Positions 12,224 to 25,254 of a DNA stretch of 64,000 nt are shown here, piece after piece. The notes beneath the pieces were generated by a model. That model saw only the letters and a program-made list of their open reading frames with translations. It did not search any database and was not told where the DNA came from. Position numbers and translations under genes: made by a program. This DNA comes from Xylographa opegraphella (lineage: Eukaryota), in assembly GCA_022813865.1 (NCBI GenBank), contig JALDZX010000047.1, forward strand, positions 1-64,000, given 5' to 3'. Within the stretch, counting starts at the first letter, position 1. Each line of letters starts with the position of its first letter.

Positions 12224-13580
12224 TCAGGTCATCGGCGGCTGGGCAAAATCCACCAGCCACAGCGCCAGCTTCATCACATTCGCCATCGGCACCGCATTAT
12301 AATTACTAACCCTCACGCCCCCCACGCTCCGATGGCCCTTCAGCCCTTGCAGCCCCCTTTTCTCCGCGCCCTCCAGAAACGCCTTCTCCTTATCCTTATC
12401 CCCGCCGTGGATGCGAAAGCAGATGTTCATCCGGCTGCGGGCATTGCGCTCCGGGCACACCTGGAAAACGTCCGGGTTCCCGTCTAGGATATCGTACACC
12501 ACCTTCGTTTTCTCGCCCGCGAGGTTCTCCTGCGAGTAGGTGGCCTGCGTGCCGTGCACGGTGAGCAAACCACGCATCACCTCACCAGCGATCCAGATGC
12601 TGAAGATGGGGATAGTGTTGTAGAGCGAGTTGTTCTTGGCGATGGTGGGGTAGTGGAAGATTACGGGGGGAGACCACACGCCTACGGCGTGGAGGAAGGA
12701 TGGAGTAGGATAGGTGGCGAGAAGGGATTTTCGGATAATGACTATGGTGGTATCGGTGATACCGATGTTTTTCTGGGCGCCGCCCTGGAGGAAGGTTAGT
12801 CAGTGGTTCTCAGGACAGGCATAGGAGACGCACGAAGATGACAGCGTATTTGTGGACGTCCACGTGCCGGCTGAGGAAGTTGGAGCTCATGTCGGCTACG
12901 ACAAGATGCTCGTCCTCCTCATCCTGTCCTGAGGACTCCAGGACGCTAGGAAAACTGGGAAACTCTACACCGTCGACGGTCTCGTTGTCGCAGTAGTAGA
13001 CGAAAGCGCTTCCCTTGCCCCCTTCCTTCCTTGTGGGCGTCAGCTTCCATAAGCTTTCTTCTGGTATCGTCCCAAACTTCCCACCGTTGGCCTCACGAGC
13101 ATCCATGGCGACATTAACGAAGTCTTTCCCCAACGGCTCAAGCAGATTAGCTGCCTCCTGGGAAGCTTTGAGCGACCATGAACCAGTAACCAAGTAGTCC
13201 AGCTTCAGTTCCTCTCGCACCTGCCTCCTCACCCTTTCTAGCACCTTTGCCTCATCAGAGCCCAGCTCCTTCTCCGCACGCCGTCGTCTCCGCTCAACCC
13301 ATACGGCCACCATGTTGAAAACCACGGCGCTGAACTCGCCACTGCCGCCACCGTGGAGGAAGAGCACTTCATAGCTGTCGGGGATTTCGAGCAAAGAAGA
13401 AAGCGCGGCTTTCGTGTCCTCGACTATCTTTGTGGCAAGAGGGGAGCGGTGAGAGATTTCGGCGAGGGAGAGACCGGTATCTTGGTAGTTGAGGAAAGCT
13501 TTGGAACCGGCTTCAAGGACAGGTGTGGGGAGCGGAGCAGGGCCAGCGCCGAAGTAGGCGATCTCTTCTCGTGAAGGCAT
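12224..13580 (-). CDS. SER1: Phosphoserine aminotransferase; one intron at about 12786-12832
   Basis: YFGAGPAPLP, EISHRS, YCDNETVDGVEF, VADMSSNFLS, spliced GGAQKNIG (PLP Lys), SLYNT, KGHRSVGG. Confidence 0.96.
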
Positions 13581-13814
13581 TGTGGATTGTGAAGATAAGA
13601 CAGCAGAGGGAATTATGCGGGCAAGAAAAGAGACTTTGGACGCAGCAAGTACTGAGAAGTCAGGGACTGAATAGAAATTGCAGACTGGCTGCTATACTTT
13701 GTGTACAAAACCTTTCACAGCTATTACATATAATATCAAATCGACATATGTTACGAGGATCAACTTTTGCTTCCTATCCATCAAGAAGGGAGATGGATTG
13801 ATGTTCATCGCCCG

Positions 13815-13821
13815 GAGTCAT
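13815..13821. promoter_or_regulatory. Candidate Gcn4/CpcA site (ATGACTC on minus strand) in the SER1-LYS4 divergent promoter
   Basis: GAGTCAT near the middle of the 421-bp interval between two amino-acid biosynthesis genes; a 7-mer can occur by chance. Confidence 0.4.
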
Positions 13822-14001
13822 ATTCCCTCCGGTTTCGGCTGCGGAAAAGTTGAAGGACGGGCAATTTATTTTGCCAACGCCCCATTCTGCACAGCAATCA
13901 ATTGAATGTTCTCCAAATTTTGAAGGGTCTATTTAGAGAAAGGATATTTGATGATGCTGGTACTCTCCTTCAACTATTAGACTTGTCCACGATGTCCATG
14001 C

Positions 14002-16452
14002 ATGCTAACGCGCCCCCAGAGACGCGCAGGCCCGGTCCTGCTCCGCCGAGCATGGACTCGAGAACTACCCCGACGGGCCATCTACGCTCAAAGACCTCGA
14101 CTGTATTCAAGAACCCCCCGCCGGCCAGAAGAAGTGTTTCACTCACAGCTCGACGACCCTTCCGCAGCGGCAATTCTATCCTCCCTCAAAACCTCCCCTC
14201 CAACCCCCCAAACCCTCACTGAAAAAATAGTCCAGCGCTACTCTCTCGGCCTGCCCAAGGACAAGACCGTCAAGTCCGGCGACTATGTCACTCTCTCGCC
14301 ACACCATTGCATGACCCACGACAACTCATGGCCGGTGGCTCTGAAGTTCATGTCGATCGGGGCGACGAAGATCCACGACAAGAAGCAGATCGTGATGACG
14401 CTGGATCACGATGTGCAGAACAAGAGCTATTCGAATCTGAAAAAGTACAGACAGATAGAGGAGTTTGCGAAGAAGCAAGGCGTGGATTTCTACCCCGCGG
14501 GTCGGGGTATTGGGCATCAGATCATGGTCGAGGAAGGGTATGCGTGGCCGGGGACGATGGCGGTGGCTTCGGACAGCCATTCTAATATGTACGGGGGTGT
14601 TGGGTGCCTGGGGACAGCGGTGGTGAGGACCGATGCGGCGAGTATATGGGCTACGGGGCGGACGTGGTGGCAGATTCCTCCAATAGCAAAAGTTACGTTC
14701 AACGGTGTGTTACCGGAAGGCATTACTGGAAAGGACGTGATAGTTGCACTTTGCGGGCTGTTCAGTAAGGACGAAGTCCTCAATCATGCCATTGAATTCA
14801 CAGGGTCGGAGGAAACCATGAGAAGTTTAAGGGTGGACGACAGGTTGACTATTGCCAATATGACTACCGAATGGGGTGCTTTGACAGGATTGTTTCCCAT
14901 CGATTATGTGCTGCAAGGCTGGCTGCGATATAAGGCGACAGAAGCTGCTTTGTACAGAGATTCGGAGCTGGGAGACAATGCGACTCATGAAAGGTTCACT
15001 CATTCTCGACTAGACGAGTTGTTTGCCAACCCAATGGCCTCCGACAAAGGAGCTAAATATGCGAAATACTTACATCTTGATCTTTCCACGCTATCTCCAT
15101 ACGTATCTGGACCGAACTCTGTCAAAGTTGCCACACCTCTCACAGAGCTGGCGTCTCAAGACATCAAGGTCAACAAAGCATATCTGGTTTCCTGTACGAA
15201 TTCACGCGCTTCGGACCTCGCAGCAGCCGCCAAGGTCTTCAAGGATGCTGCCGAGAAGAATGAAGGCAAAATACCACGTATAGCAGACGGAGTGGAGTTC
15301 TATATCGCAGCAGCCTCCTTGCCAGAGCAAATTGCAGCGGAAGAAGCAGGTGATTGGCAAGCGCTGCTGGACGCCGGCGCACAGCCACTGCCAGCGGGTT
15401 GCGGGCCATGTATTGGCTTAGGAACCGGTCTGCTTGAGCCCGGCGAAGTAGGCATAAGTGCAAGCAACCGTAACTTCAAAGGCCGCATGGGCTCTACAGA
15501 CGCAAAGGCATATCTTGCTAGCCCTGAAGTTGTCGCTGCGAGTGCTTTGAGCGGCAAGATCAGTGGACCCGGCACTTATGTCCAGCCGAAAGGCTGGCAA
15601 GGTGTTGTCTTAGGAGACGGTGATGGTATCAGAGAAGAGGATAGAATGATTACTGCGGACGAAGCATTGGAGAAAGTGATTGGCCAACTCGACAGCATCG
15701 TCTCTGACGCGGAATCGGACCTCTTCGGTGCCCCAGTTACAGAAACGGTGGAATCCGATTCTATAATCGATGTTCTGCCAGGCTTCCCGGAGAAGGTCAC
15801 TGGCGAGATAGTATTCTGCGATGCCGATAACATCAGCACGGACGGCATCTATCCTGGCAAATTAACTTATCAGGATGACGTCTCTGTGGATGACATGGCA
15901 AAAGCGTGCATGCGGAACTTCGATCCCTCGTTCTCCTCCGTTGCAAAGGAAGGCGACATCCTGGTCGCTGGTTTCAACTTTGGCTGCGGAAGTTCTCGAG
16001 AGCAAGCAGCGACGGCAATCCTCGCCAAGAAAATCCCATTAGTGGTGGCCGGCAGCTTCGGGAATATCTTCTCACGCAACAGTATCAACAACGCGCTCAT
16101 GGGTGTAGAGGTGCCAAAGCTGGTGCAGAGACTTAGAGAGTGCTTCTCTGCACCAGCGACTCAACTCAAGGAGGCACAACAGCACATCACTGAACCGTCG
16201 CAGAACCGGGAGTCACTGGATTCTCCACCACCGGCGCCACAGATGGTTCCGGCCGCGGAGAAGCGCCTGACCCGACGCACAGGATGGACTTTCGAGTGGG
16301 ACGTTCGGAGAAGCAAAGTACAAATTCAGGAAGGAGATGGCGGGGAGACATGGTCGCAGAGAGTGGGCGAACTGCCACCAAATGTGCAGGAAATTATTGC
16401 CCGCGGCGGCCTGGAGAAGTGGGTGAAGGGGGAGATTGAGAAGGGCAGTTGA
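14002..16452 (+). CDS. LYS4: Mitochondrial homoaconitase
   Basis: Arg-rich presequence, [41 protein letters not shown] Fe-S ligands, GCGSSREQA; single exon. Confidence 0.97.
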   Translation: MLTRPQRRAGPVLLRRAWTRELPRRAIYAQRPRLYSRTPRRPEEVFHSQLDDPSAAAILSSLKTSPPTPQTLTEKIVQRYSLGLPKDKTVKSGDYVTLSPHHCMTHDNSWPVALKFMSIGATKIHDKKQIVMTLDHDVQNKSYSNLKKYRQIEEFAKKQGVDFYPAGRGIGHQIMVEEGYAWPGTMAVASDSHSNMYGGVGCLGTAVVRTDAASIWATGRTWWQIPPIAKVTFNGVLPEGITGKDVIVALCGLFSKDEVLNHAIEFTGSEETMRSLRVDDRLTIANMTTEWGALTGLFPIDYVLQGWLRYKATEAALYRDSELGDNATHERFTHSRLDELFANPMASDKGAKYAKYLHLDLSTLSPYVSGPNSVKVATPLTELASQDIKVNKAYLVSCTNSRASDLAAAAKVFKDAAEKNEGKIPRIADGVEFYIAAASLPEQIAAEEAGDWQALLDAGAQPLPAGCGPCIGLGTGLLEPGEVGISASNRNFKGRMGSTDAKAYLASPEVVAASALSGKISGPGTYVQPKGWQGVVLGDGDGIREEDRMITADEALEKVIGQLDSIVSDAESDLFGAPVTETVESDSIIDVLPGFPEKVTGEIVFCDADNISTDGIYPGKLTYQDDVSVDDMAKACMRNFDPSFSSVAKEGDILVAGFNFGCGSSREQAATAILAKKIPLVVAGSFGNIFSRNSINNALMGVEVPKLVQRLRECFSAPATQLKEAQQHITEPSQNRESLDSPPPAPQMVPAAEKRLTRRTGWTFEWDVRRSKVQIQEGDGGETWSQRVGELPPNVQEIIARGGLEKWVKGEIEKGS

Positions 16453-18406
16453 TACAACAATAGATGGCAAACGAAACCAAGAAAGAATACACGGTGCGAC
16501 GGCGCGAAGCCTCCATGAGGCCAAGCCGTCACGGGTATCACGATACGGAAATTGACAGACAAAGAACAAGAAGTCATTTGGCTCCAATTGACGAGCGGTC
16601 TGTCGAAGGCTGGATCGACGGGTATCTCAAACTGGAATCGGTGCCCGCCATGGCGGAGAGTCAAGTGACCGACAGTCGGGCGGTGAGAAGTGCAAAAGCT
16701 CCAGAGGATCTCCGGAAGTAGCAACAGCCATCCAACAGTGGCCTGCACATAATTTAGTACTTTAACCGATTTGACTTTCAAGTATATTCAAGCCAATCAA
16801 TGTAGCGCGTATGTGTATACTTTGCCTGCCCGTCAACAGTGGTGCAGGATCTCGTAAAGCTAGCATGACTAAGAAGCCCACAATAATTCTAGAAACGTAG
16901 ACGATGCTTTGGCCACTTGGCAGACTCGAATAGGATCTCGTACATCTGATATCATAGTTGAAGCGAAAGCGTGATACTAAGGTGTCCTCGATTCGGCTGA
17001 CCTCGACGGCGGAGGAGCTCCAACGTTGAAGCTGGAGCTAGTATTGCTAACAATGTCTTACTTATGCAATTGCGGCTCATAGACTCATATGTGATCAGCT
17101 CGTATAATGTTAGCTATAATTACTTTTATTATTTTCCCGAATTCTGTGCGGGTCACCGCCGGAGTTGCCGTTCGTGTAGGATGGTGGAGCAGTAAGAAGT
17201 AATTATGGGCACGTGGTGGCCAGGCTGGCTGTCAGACTGCATCTCATTCTCATCTCGACTCATCAAGCGGACGCTAGATCTGCTTGCTTCCTTCGTGTAT
17301 CTTCGGGTGGAGGATGCGCCAGAGGCATTGGTCGTTGAAGGCCGTGTAGACGGGAGAATGTGCTGAGTTCCATCGGCTCAATTGACCGACTTCGCATATC
17401 GGTGTGCTCTAAACATCATAGTGCCTGCATTATTGCCTTTTGGTCTTTTCTTTTCCGGAGCCCTGATGGGAGAGAGTGATAGTCGATGACAATTTAATTG
17501 GATTGGATTGGTGAAAGCATGAACGATGGCCAATTGCCAGGATGCTTGTCACCACGGGCCGACCGGAGCTGGGATGGGTTATGCCATCGTCCCTTGTATG
17601 GATGAGATGATATGCATGATCTCGAACACTCGCGCCTTCAGACCAGACCATCGCATAATGCGACCGGCTGCTGCCACACTTTCTACGCTTGCTGAGGTGG
17701 GATGAGGACGTCTGACTAGTCCTAATGCGCGAACTTCTTTCTCTTCGTTGGCCTCGTATTACCTCCGTACGGAGTACTCCGTACAGTATCAGCGCTCATC
17801 ATCTTGTGGCATCAACATCTCCGAGTTGCAAAGGCTAGAACAGCCGACAGCTGTCAATATACCAGCTATCTGTGAACGGGGTTGATAGGGACCGCAGAGG
17901 TTGCGATAGAGAACGTGGTTGTACGGCGCCGGTGCAAAACCCAACAGGCCAACCCCTTGGACACCAAATGTTTTGCAATGGCTGCCAACCATGCACAAAC
18001 CTCCGACACGTTGTGCGCCAGAACAACCCGCTCACCCACCATGACTCTCGCGTTTTACACCTCATACCCTTTCGTGTTAAGTGCTATGCTTATTCTACCT
18101 CTGCGTGTCTTGGCTCAGGCGCAGTGGGTGAGCAGTGCATGTTGCCTCCCCTTTAGTCTGTTGTTTTCAGCGCACATGTTCATTCCTCCACTACTCTTCT
18201 ATACGATGTGGCGGTCCTGGTTGCTGAACTATAGAATAGGTTCGGGCCCAAGACCATGACCAACTATTTCTATACTTCAGTTCAGATTGCCCTCTCTTTT
18301 ACAGGCGCATAATCACACTCACTGCTCGTAGCCATACGTGGTGATACACTCTTTCTATACAATTTAACGATACTATCTATTTCAAAGCCACGACGACGAG
18401 GACATA

Positions 18407-19484
18407 ATGTTTTTCTACTCGTTCACTGTCGTTTTTACCTTTTTGGCTGTCCTTGCCACTTCAGCGCCTATATCAAGGCGAATGATCACGCCTGGAGCTG
18501 TGATTGCCTCGAATTTCGCAGACCCTGCGTTCATCAATGTCGGCAACCTTCATTATGCCTTCGCGACTAACCACGACGGGATGAACGTTCCGATGGCTTC
18601 CTCCGTTGATATGATCGGTTGGAAGCTATTAGGCGATGCAATGCCAACGGTTGGAGCTTGGAGTACTGGGAAGGCTGTCTGGGCACCGCATGTGGTTCAA
18701 TTAGTAAGATGCCGCACTCGAAGTCTTCCACATAAAAATACTAATTCCATCCTTGCAGCCGAGTCAGAATGGCCAGCCAGGAACATTTGTTCTGTACTAC
18801 ACCGCTTTGTCGAAAGCGAATCCTACCTTCCACTGTATTGGTGCAGCAACATCGGCGACTATCACAGGCCCCTTCATCGTCCGCGATGAAGTATTCGCCT
18901 GTTCTGCTGGTGGGGGATCCATAGATCCGTCTGGTTTTCATGACGATGGGGACGGTCGTCAGTATGTGGTCTACAAAACAGATGGGAACAATATTGGACA
19001 TGGCGGCAATTGCAACAATGGGGTGGCTCCCATCGTGCCCACTCCAATCATGCTCCAGGAAGTCAATCCAGCAAACGGCTACGAGTTGATTGGTGGACCG
19101 ATGCAAATCCTCGATCGAGGCTCAGCAGATGGGCCATTGATCGAAGCGCCAAGCCTCGTTCGGGTGCCCAACACCGAAGTCCCCGGCACATTCGTGTATA
19201 TTCTTTTCTTCAGCAGTAATTGTTATGCGGGCGGTCTGTACGATACCAGTTATGCCACGAGTATCAACGGGATTACAAATGGAGGGCATGACTATCAGAA
19301 GTCTTCAGCACCCTTACTGGTTACCGGGAGCGCGGAGGGAAGATTGTACAGTCCTGGGGGCATGACCGTTGGACCAAAGGGCATTGATGCTGTCTTTCAT
19401 GCGGATTTAGGGACGACTCATACGGTTCGTCAGATGTGGTACGGGACACTCACGATAACGGGACGCACGGTTTCAATTTTATAG
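18407..19484 (+). CDS. Secreted glycoside hydrolase family 43; intron about 18704-18758
   Basis: Signal peptide, NFADP, VWAPHVVQ, HCIGAATS, GSIDPSGF, YVVYKTDGN, PLIEAPSL (catalytic D, D, E present). Confidence 0.9.
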
Positions 19485-20491
19485 TCTCTTTTATATACCC
19501 TGTACATGCATTATGCAATAAAAGTTTAGATCGAATCAGCTTTTTTACAATTTCTCGGATCCTACCACTTTCCCTTCGCTGAGATTGTGGTATTTGAGGG
19601 TCATCTACATATCAGCTATACCCTCCGTACACTCAAAAAGACCGCCCACGGCAGATCACATTTCCTCCCTCTCCATGGACTCAGAATCCACCGTTGAGGT
19701 CTACGACAACATCATCGCAAGCCACAAAAAATGACCCTGAAGTCCGCTTCACATTGGACACCTCTATTTTCGCTGGATAAGATACACAGATAGTTCCGCC
19801 AAGTCTCAGGACATCCACCAGAAAAGGGGTAATACAAGGTACGCTCCACATTTCATGGTATTTAGGGCAATATGGGGGGAACGGGCTGGCTAGCGGTACA
19901 TTAGTGTACGAGTTCATGCATGGGCAGGGTCTTTGACGATAACGAGGGCCAACGAGTGAGAGATTGAGAAGTGCGTGATGCGCTGCAATGGCTAGAAAGC
20001 GAGTTGCTCCTTTTGTGAGTTGACGGACTTGGAAGTGATAAGAGGGTGGTGACTGAGGAAGTTGGTTGTATATCGCATGGGTTTTGTCATGATGAATTAC
20101 TAAAGTGACAAACGCTTTTCGGAATGGAGATATGAGTCCTTGTGGTGACGTGATCATAGGATGCAGAGTGAAGGTAATCGTTTTCGAGGGAGATTTCAAG
20201 TCCAGCGAAAGGGTTTGCGCGTAACTACGAATATATCGAGTAGGTACCTTACTTCGGAATGCTTGGCACAGTCTAAAAGCGAGTAACCAGAAACAGACTA
20301 GTATCAAGCTCAACTGGAAGCTCTCCGACCTCAACTCTTACCTTCAGTGGATGCCACCCAAAGTTGCCGATTGAACTGCTTGCAGATAGACTTCAGCACT
20401 GTGACGATGGCCCACCAATGGATGCTCCAGGAATGGATTGATACGCTGATTCAGCGTTCAACGACATGATTTATGAGTATACTAGTGTATT

Positions 20492-23400
20492 ATGGATGTT
20501 GCAGACGATATGCAGGATCGAGAGCAGCAAGCCGAGACCTCTAACGAGGAAATTATCGTGAGGGCAGATGAGGTTGACGAAACTGGCGCGGACATTTCAA
20601 CGATATCACCTACAGATGGCGGAGATTTTGAAGCACGAGTGGAGGCCCGACGCCAACAAGATATTCGATCCATTGGCGGTCCTAAGATACTAGCAAATGC
20701 TGTTTCTAGCCCTCCGAAGCCTCCAGCCAGACCGATACTGCGCCGTGATGGCTCCGGCGCACCGCCCCCTCCCAAGCAACCTCCTCCGCCCGTTCCTCCA
20801 TCACAAGAAGACGCCCCGCTCATGGCAGACTCCTTGAGTTTAGCAGAGCTGAAGAACATGGTAAAAGACTTTCCGAAGTCGGAGGCAGCTGCTTATGCCT
20901 ATGAGTACGAGGATACAAGGACGTTCCCGGAGGAGTTGGAGGAGTGGTTTCAATATACGGTGGAAGACAACATCTTCCAAAAAAGTGCTAAGATCGCTTT
21001 CATGGAGACAGTTACAGACTTCGACTGGAAGGGCCGGTCGATCCCACCGACGGGCATCATGGGGCGTTCCAGGTGGTTGGGCCTTCCGCCAGAGCTCAGA
21101 GAAATTCTCATTGATCACTTACTCCAAGACCTATCCTCGTTGAATAATTTAGTGGTGACTAAGAACCTGGAATGTATTTCGTACATTGCTATGGGTGTGC
21201 CCGCAGAGACCACATGGCTTGAAGAGGATCCACGGCCGGATGAGGAGGCTAATTATGCACCCCCTAATGACAAATATCGAAGGGCAGTCGGCCAGCTCCG
21301 CTATATACATAAGGCAGCAGACATGTTGTGTAGAAAAGATGCGATACAAATACTCTGGGGAGTTTTCAATTTTATCTGTGAGAATGACAAGTTAGTCTTA
21401 CTGAAGCGATTTCGGTAGAAGGACTAACCGAGAAGTACAGAGCCTATGGTTTTCTAGATCTAACAAAGAATGCAGCAAAGGATGAAGATGGTTTTTCTAT
21501 GAGTTCTATCCGAGACCGGCAATTGAGCGCCATTTTGACCACATTGTACTTCGTGGTAGAATCTGGCCGGCAACAAGCCGCAAAAGGAGAAGTCGAAAGT
21601 ATACGGCAAGCAATTGGTATTTGCTATTGAGAGAACTTTTATATATTAGCTAATGAATCATTTTCAGTCACACTTCAACCGAACTTCCTGCATTATTTGA
21701 CTAGCATGGTAGCTAAATTGCGATGGGATGATGGTTACAGCCTGCCGCTTACAAGAGTAATTTCCCGTACATATCTTTCCAAAAACTGTGCCTGCTAATC
21801 GTTGTATCTCTATTTATCAAGGTTTTACTACTGCTCTGGAAGGCTATTCTCCTTGATTTTGGTGGGACTAAAAGGTTGATTGAAAGCAAAATTATATTAC
21901 ACAAAGAATCAGAAGGCGACGCAAATCATAATGAAGTCTTCCTGACAGCCTCGCCGCTTGACTATCATATATTTAGGCAAGAGATAACGTCTAAATATCC
22001 TGCTTACAATCCTCCGCCACCGCTTGTCCCACTTGAACTCAACAACAGCTCCATTTTGCCCCCTCTTCACACCAATCCAAGCAGAACAACTAGTCATGAG
22101 AGCTTAGCCTCCGCAGCTGGTATGCATACCAATGGTATCGGCAAATCAATATTCCATCAACCCGTACATATTTCCACACCAGCACCATCGCCGCCTCCTT
22201 CTCCTGCTGGTCCAGGTGGCAAAGGCGGCAAAAAGCAGAACTACCAGACTAACCAGAACTTTCCTTTCTTATATCCTCCTCTTGATGATACAAGCAATAC
22301 TGTTGGTGGAAAGGGTAATGCAGGGCTCCAAGACAAACTCGTGGGAAAGAAGTGGGAAGGCTGTGATATTCCTGCTTCCATCCTCGAAGCGGGACAGCTA
22401 TTTGCAAGTAGGATGCGGATGTCACGCTCGCTGCGTCAGCTTTGGGAAGTCCGCGAGGAATTTATCAAATTTGAGCGGGGATGGGAAGATGAGGACAAGA
22501 AAGGCCTTTCTCTCGAGAAGTCGATGCTAGACCTGGACCTCGAGGACGACCAAGAGATCGAAGACAGCTCAAACCGAAGCGAAAATATCTTCAGTCAGGA
22601 CCAATCTACCATGGAGAAGCGGCCTATCAAGGAGACTGGTGACGAAGATGTACAGGGGCGCTTAGATGCTGTAGAGAGCTTTTATGTGAGCAGTAACTGG
22701 TGCGGGGAAGAGTGTACGTACTGATTGAGCCTTGCAGCGGGATAGTCTGCCCCACCTCCAGTCCATTGTGATAGTTCTCCTCAAAGTTTTCCTGTCGAAC
22801 GTAACAGTACTCGGTAACCAAGCTCAGAACGGTACACCTAATCCATTCACGCTGCCGGAAGCAGCGAACGAGGAGGTTCGTCTCCCGAAGAGTAATCTCA
22901 ATCTCGCGCGGCAGGTCAACGGTATCGTAAATAGTGAGCGGATCGAAGACGAGGCGGCAGATTCTGCTGTTGTAGAGTTGAATGCGGTAAGGTGTCGGGA
23001 GATCACGTCGAAGGCCGTTGCTGGTATCCTGTTAATGCTTCTGAAGTGGTTCAAACTCTCTCGTAAGGAGATCTTGTTCACCAGATATACCCATTTTTAG
23101 CTCTGACTCAGCTGCAGATATCCTCAAGTTTGAATATCTTACCCAATTGCTGCTCGACTCCAACTACGTCCCACTGGCACTGAAGTTCTTCAGCCATCAG
23201 GAAGTTGACAACGCCGTTCACCAGAGAAACGACCGTGATGACCTCGAGCAAGTCTCCTCTGCCAATCTCTCACGCCATTGCTGATATAGTCTCTCTAGTT
23301 TCTTCCACAATTGTCGCCTCAACTCCGGCCATCCACCCTCTATTCCTGTATCACCCACGCCATCGTCATCTTCATCCTCCGCGACATCCTCCTCCGATGA

Positions 23401-24094
23401 AGCCCTTCCCCCTCCAATCCTTAAACACCGCCCTCAACCCTCTAACAACGACTCTCCTCCGCCTTCCCCGGGGGTATCACCCTCCCCACCACCACCTCGC
23501 CTTCCCGAAGTCGACTCCCTCGGTCACCCCACCACTGCCCTTCCACCATCCCCTCTGACCACCTACGCGCCCCGCTTCTTCCACACCACCATCACCCACC
23601 TGCGCCTCCTGCAGAAAATCACCAAACGCAAAGCCCACCGCGCCCTTCTCCTCGTGCAATACAAGTCCTCCACCATTCTGCGCCGTCTGCTCAAGATCCC
23701 CCAACACGCCCTCCGCCTCTACACGCTCAAGCTCTTCAAGGCCCAGGTCCCGTACTGCGGCCGCAAGTGGCGCCAGACCAACATGCGCGTCATCACCGCC
23801 ATCTATCTGCACTGTCGGCCGGAGTTGCGCGACGAGTGGATTAGTGGCGGAGGCGTGGAGGAGGCCGTCGAGGAGGCCGTCCCGCTCGAGCGGGCCGGGA
23901 GGGCGCTCGTGCATTGGTGGCATTTGAGGGGGTATCGTGCGGCTATGGGGATGGAGCTTGGGGGAAGGAAGGAGGAGGGAGATTTTTTTGCGAGGGAGTT
24001 GGAGAGGATGGGTTGGCCTGATAAGGTGGAGGGTTTGGAGGAGGGGGAGGAGGGGAGGGAGTGGGAGGGGCCGTTGGCGGGGGAGGGGTGGTGA
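20492..24094 (+). CDS. FAR11: STRIPAK subunit FAR11/HAM-2/PRO22 (STRIP1 ortholog), multi-exon
   Basis: DSLSLAELK, EELEEWF, FRQEITSKYPAY, KKQNYQTNQNFPFLYP, KWFKLS..LKFEYLTQLLLDSNY, VQYKSSTILRR..QVPYCGRKWRQTNMRVITAIYLHCRPELRDEW. Confidence 0.94.
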
Positions 24095-25254
24095 GGCATC
24101 AGCCGGATGGTGTGGCGAGGTCGCGTGCTGGTGGATCATCTAATATCGTGTTGCTCGGGTGTCTGTCCAGATAGAATATCGATCTTACTGTCTTGGAACG
24201 CGAAAAGTTTTGGCAAGAAGATAGGAGTTTTGGATTTTCGTATGTTCTCTTTCGGCAAGAGCTTACAATCGGATTCGAGAGTGAGTGTCACGAACCATCG
24301 CGAGCCGTGGCAGGGTCAGGCTCAATAAGGGTCAAGAGCAGGTATGACCCATACAGAGGGCATCTCATGTAATACCCTCAGGTGATATCTGTCGTCCAGA
24401 TCGCTACATGGACCACCACGGAATCTGGAAGCTAGAAAGACTGGCTCGCATACAAGCAAGCATGCCAAAATTCTCAAGGGGTTCGGAGTACTCAGTTTAC
24501 TTAGCAAAGACACAAGTGGATTTCATGATTCACCACCTCTCTGCCACCGCACAGAATTATTGACGTAACGCAGTTCTGTATCAGATTATCCGAGTCTTCT
24601 GCGACATCTGTTGATGCTTTTGGAGCAGTAGCCCTAGCTGACCGAGGCCCCCTACCTATCAAAAAATACGCTGCTGCTGACGTTCTTCCTCCAGGAACCG
24701 GTAGGGATTGAATTGTATCTGCGACGCGTAGATAATGTCAATTTTCACAGATTAAGTAATTACAGGCATTTAAATAACGGGATTAACTAATTAGACCGGG
24801 ATACATAGGGGATATCCGCGAAAAAAAGGGTGCCTCTGCAATGGTATTCGGGGCCAGCGGTGTGTAAATACAGGGGTAAACTGGGGCAGCGCAGTATATA
24901 ATTTGACACAGAGTCGTGGGTCTGGCACTCTACAGATCAGATTGATGATACCCGGCAGATCTGCAATTCTAACAACTGATAAGCCTCTGCAACGAAAAAG
25001 CCCCATTTGTAACCACTCGTTCGTGACTTGTGGCATTTCTGTTCCGATGGCGCTGTTTGGGGTCGGACAGCATGGTTGTATGTTGTAGATGATTGGTGAA
25101 AAACAAAGGAAAACAAACTGCCCTTGAACGCCCAAAACTCTTCAGCCTCGTCAGTGGTTTGGGGGCCAGTGACAATGCTCATTGCGACGTGTTACATGTC
25201 GCGTCCTATGCTTTCTTATCACTACTGATCCTTAGACCTTTGGTGTTTGGTACA

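Noticed and set aside
16464..16721. 85-aa ATG ORF 11 nt after the LYS4 stop
   Set aside because: Different frame, no room for a promoter, no motif; probably 3'UTR
19681..20334. 217-aa minus-strand ORF divergent from FAR11
   Set aside because: Non-ATG start in the track, no recognisable domain, no convincing splice model
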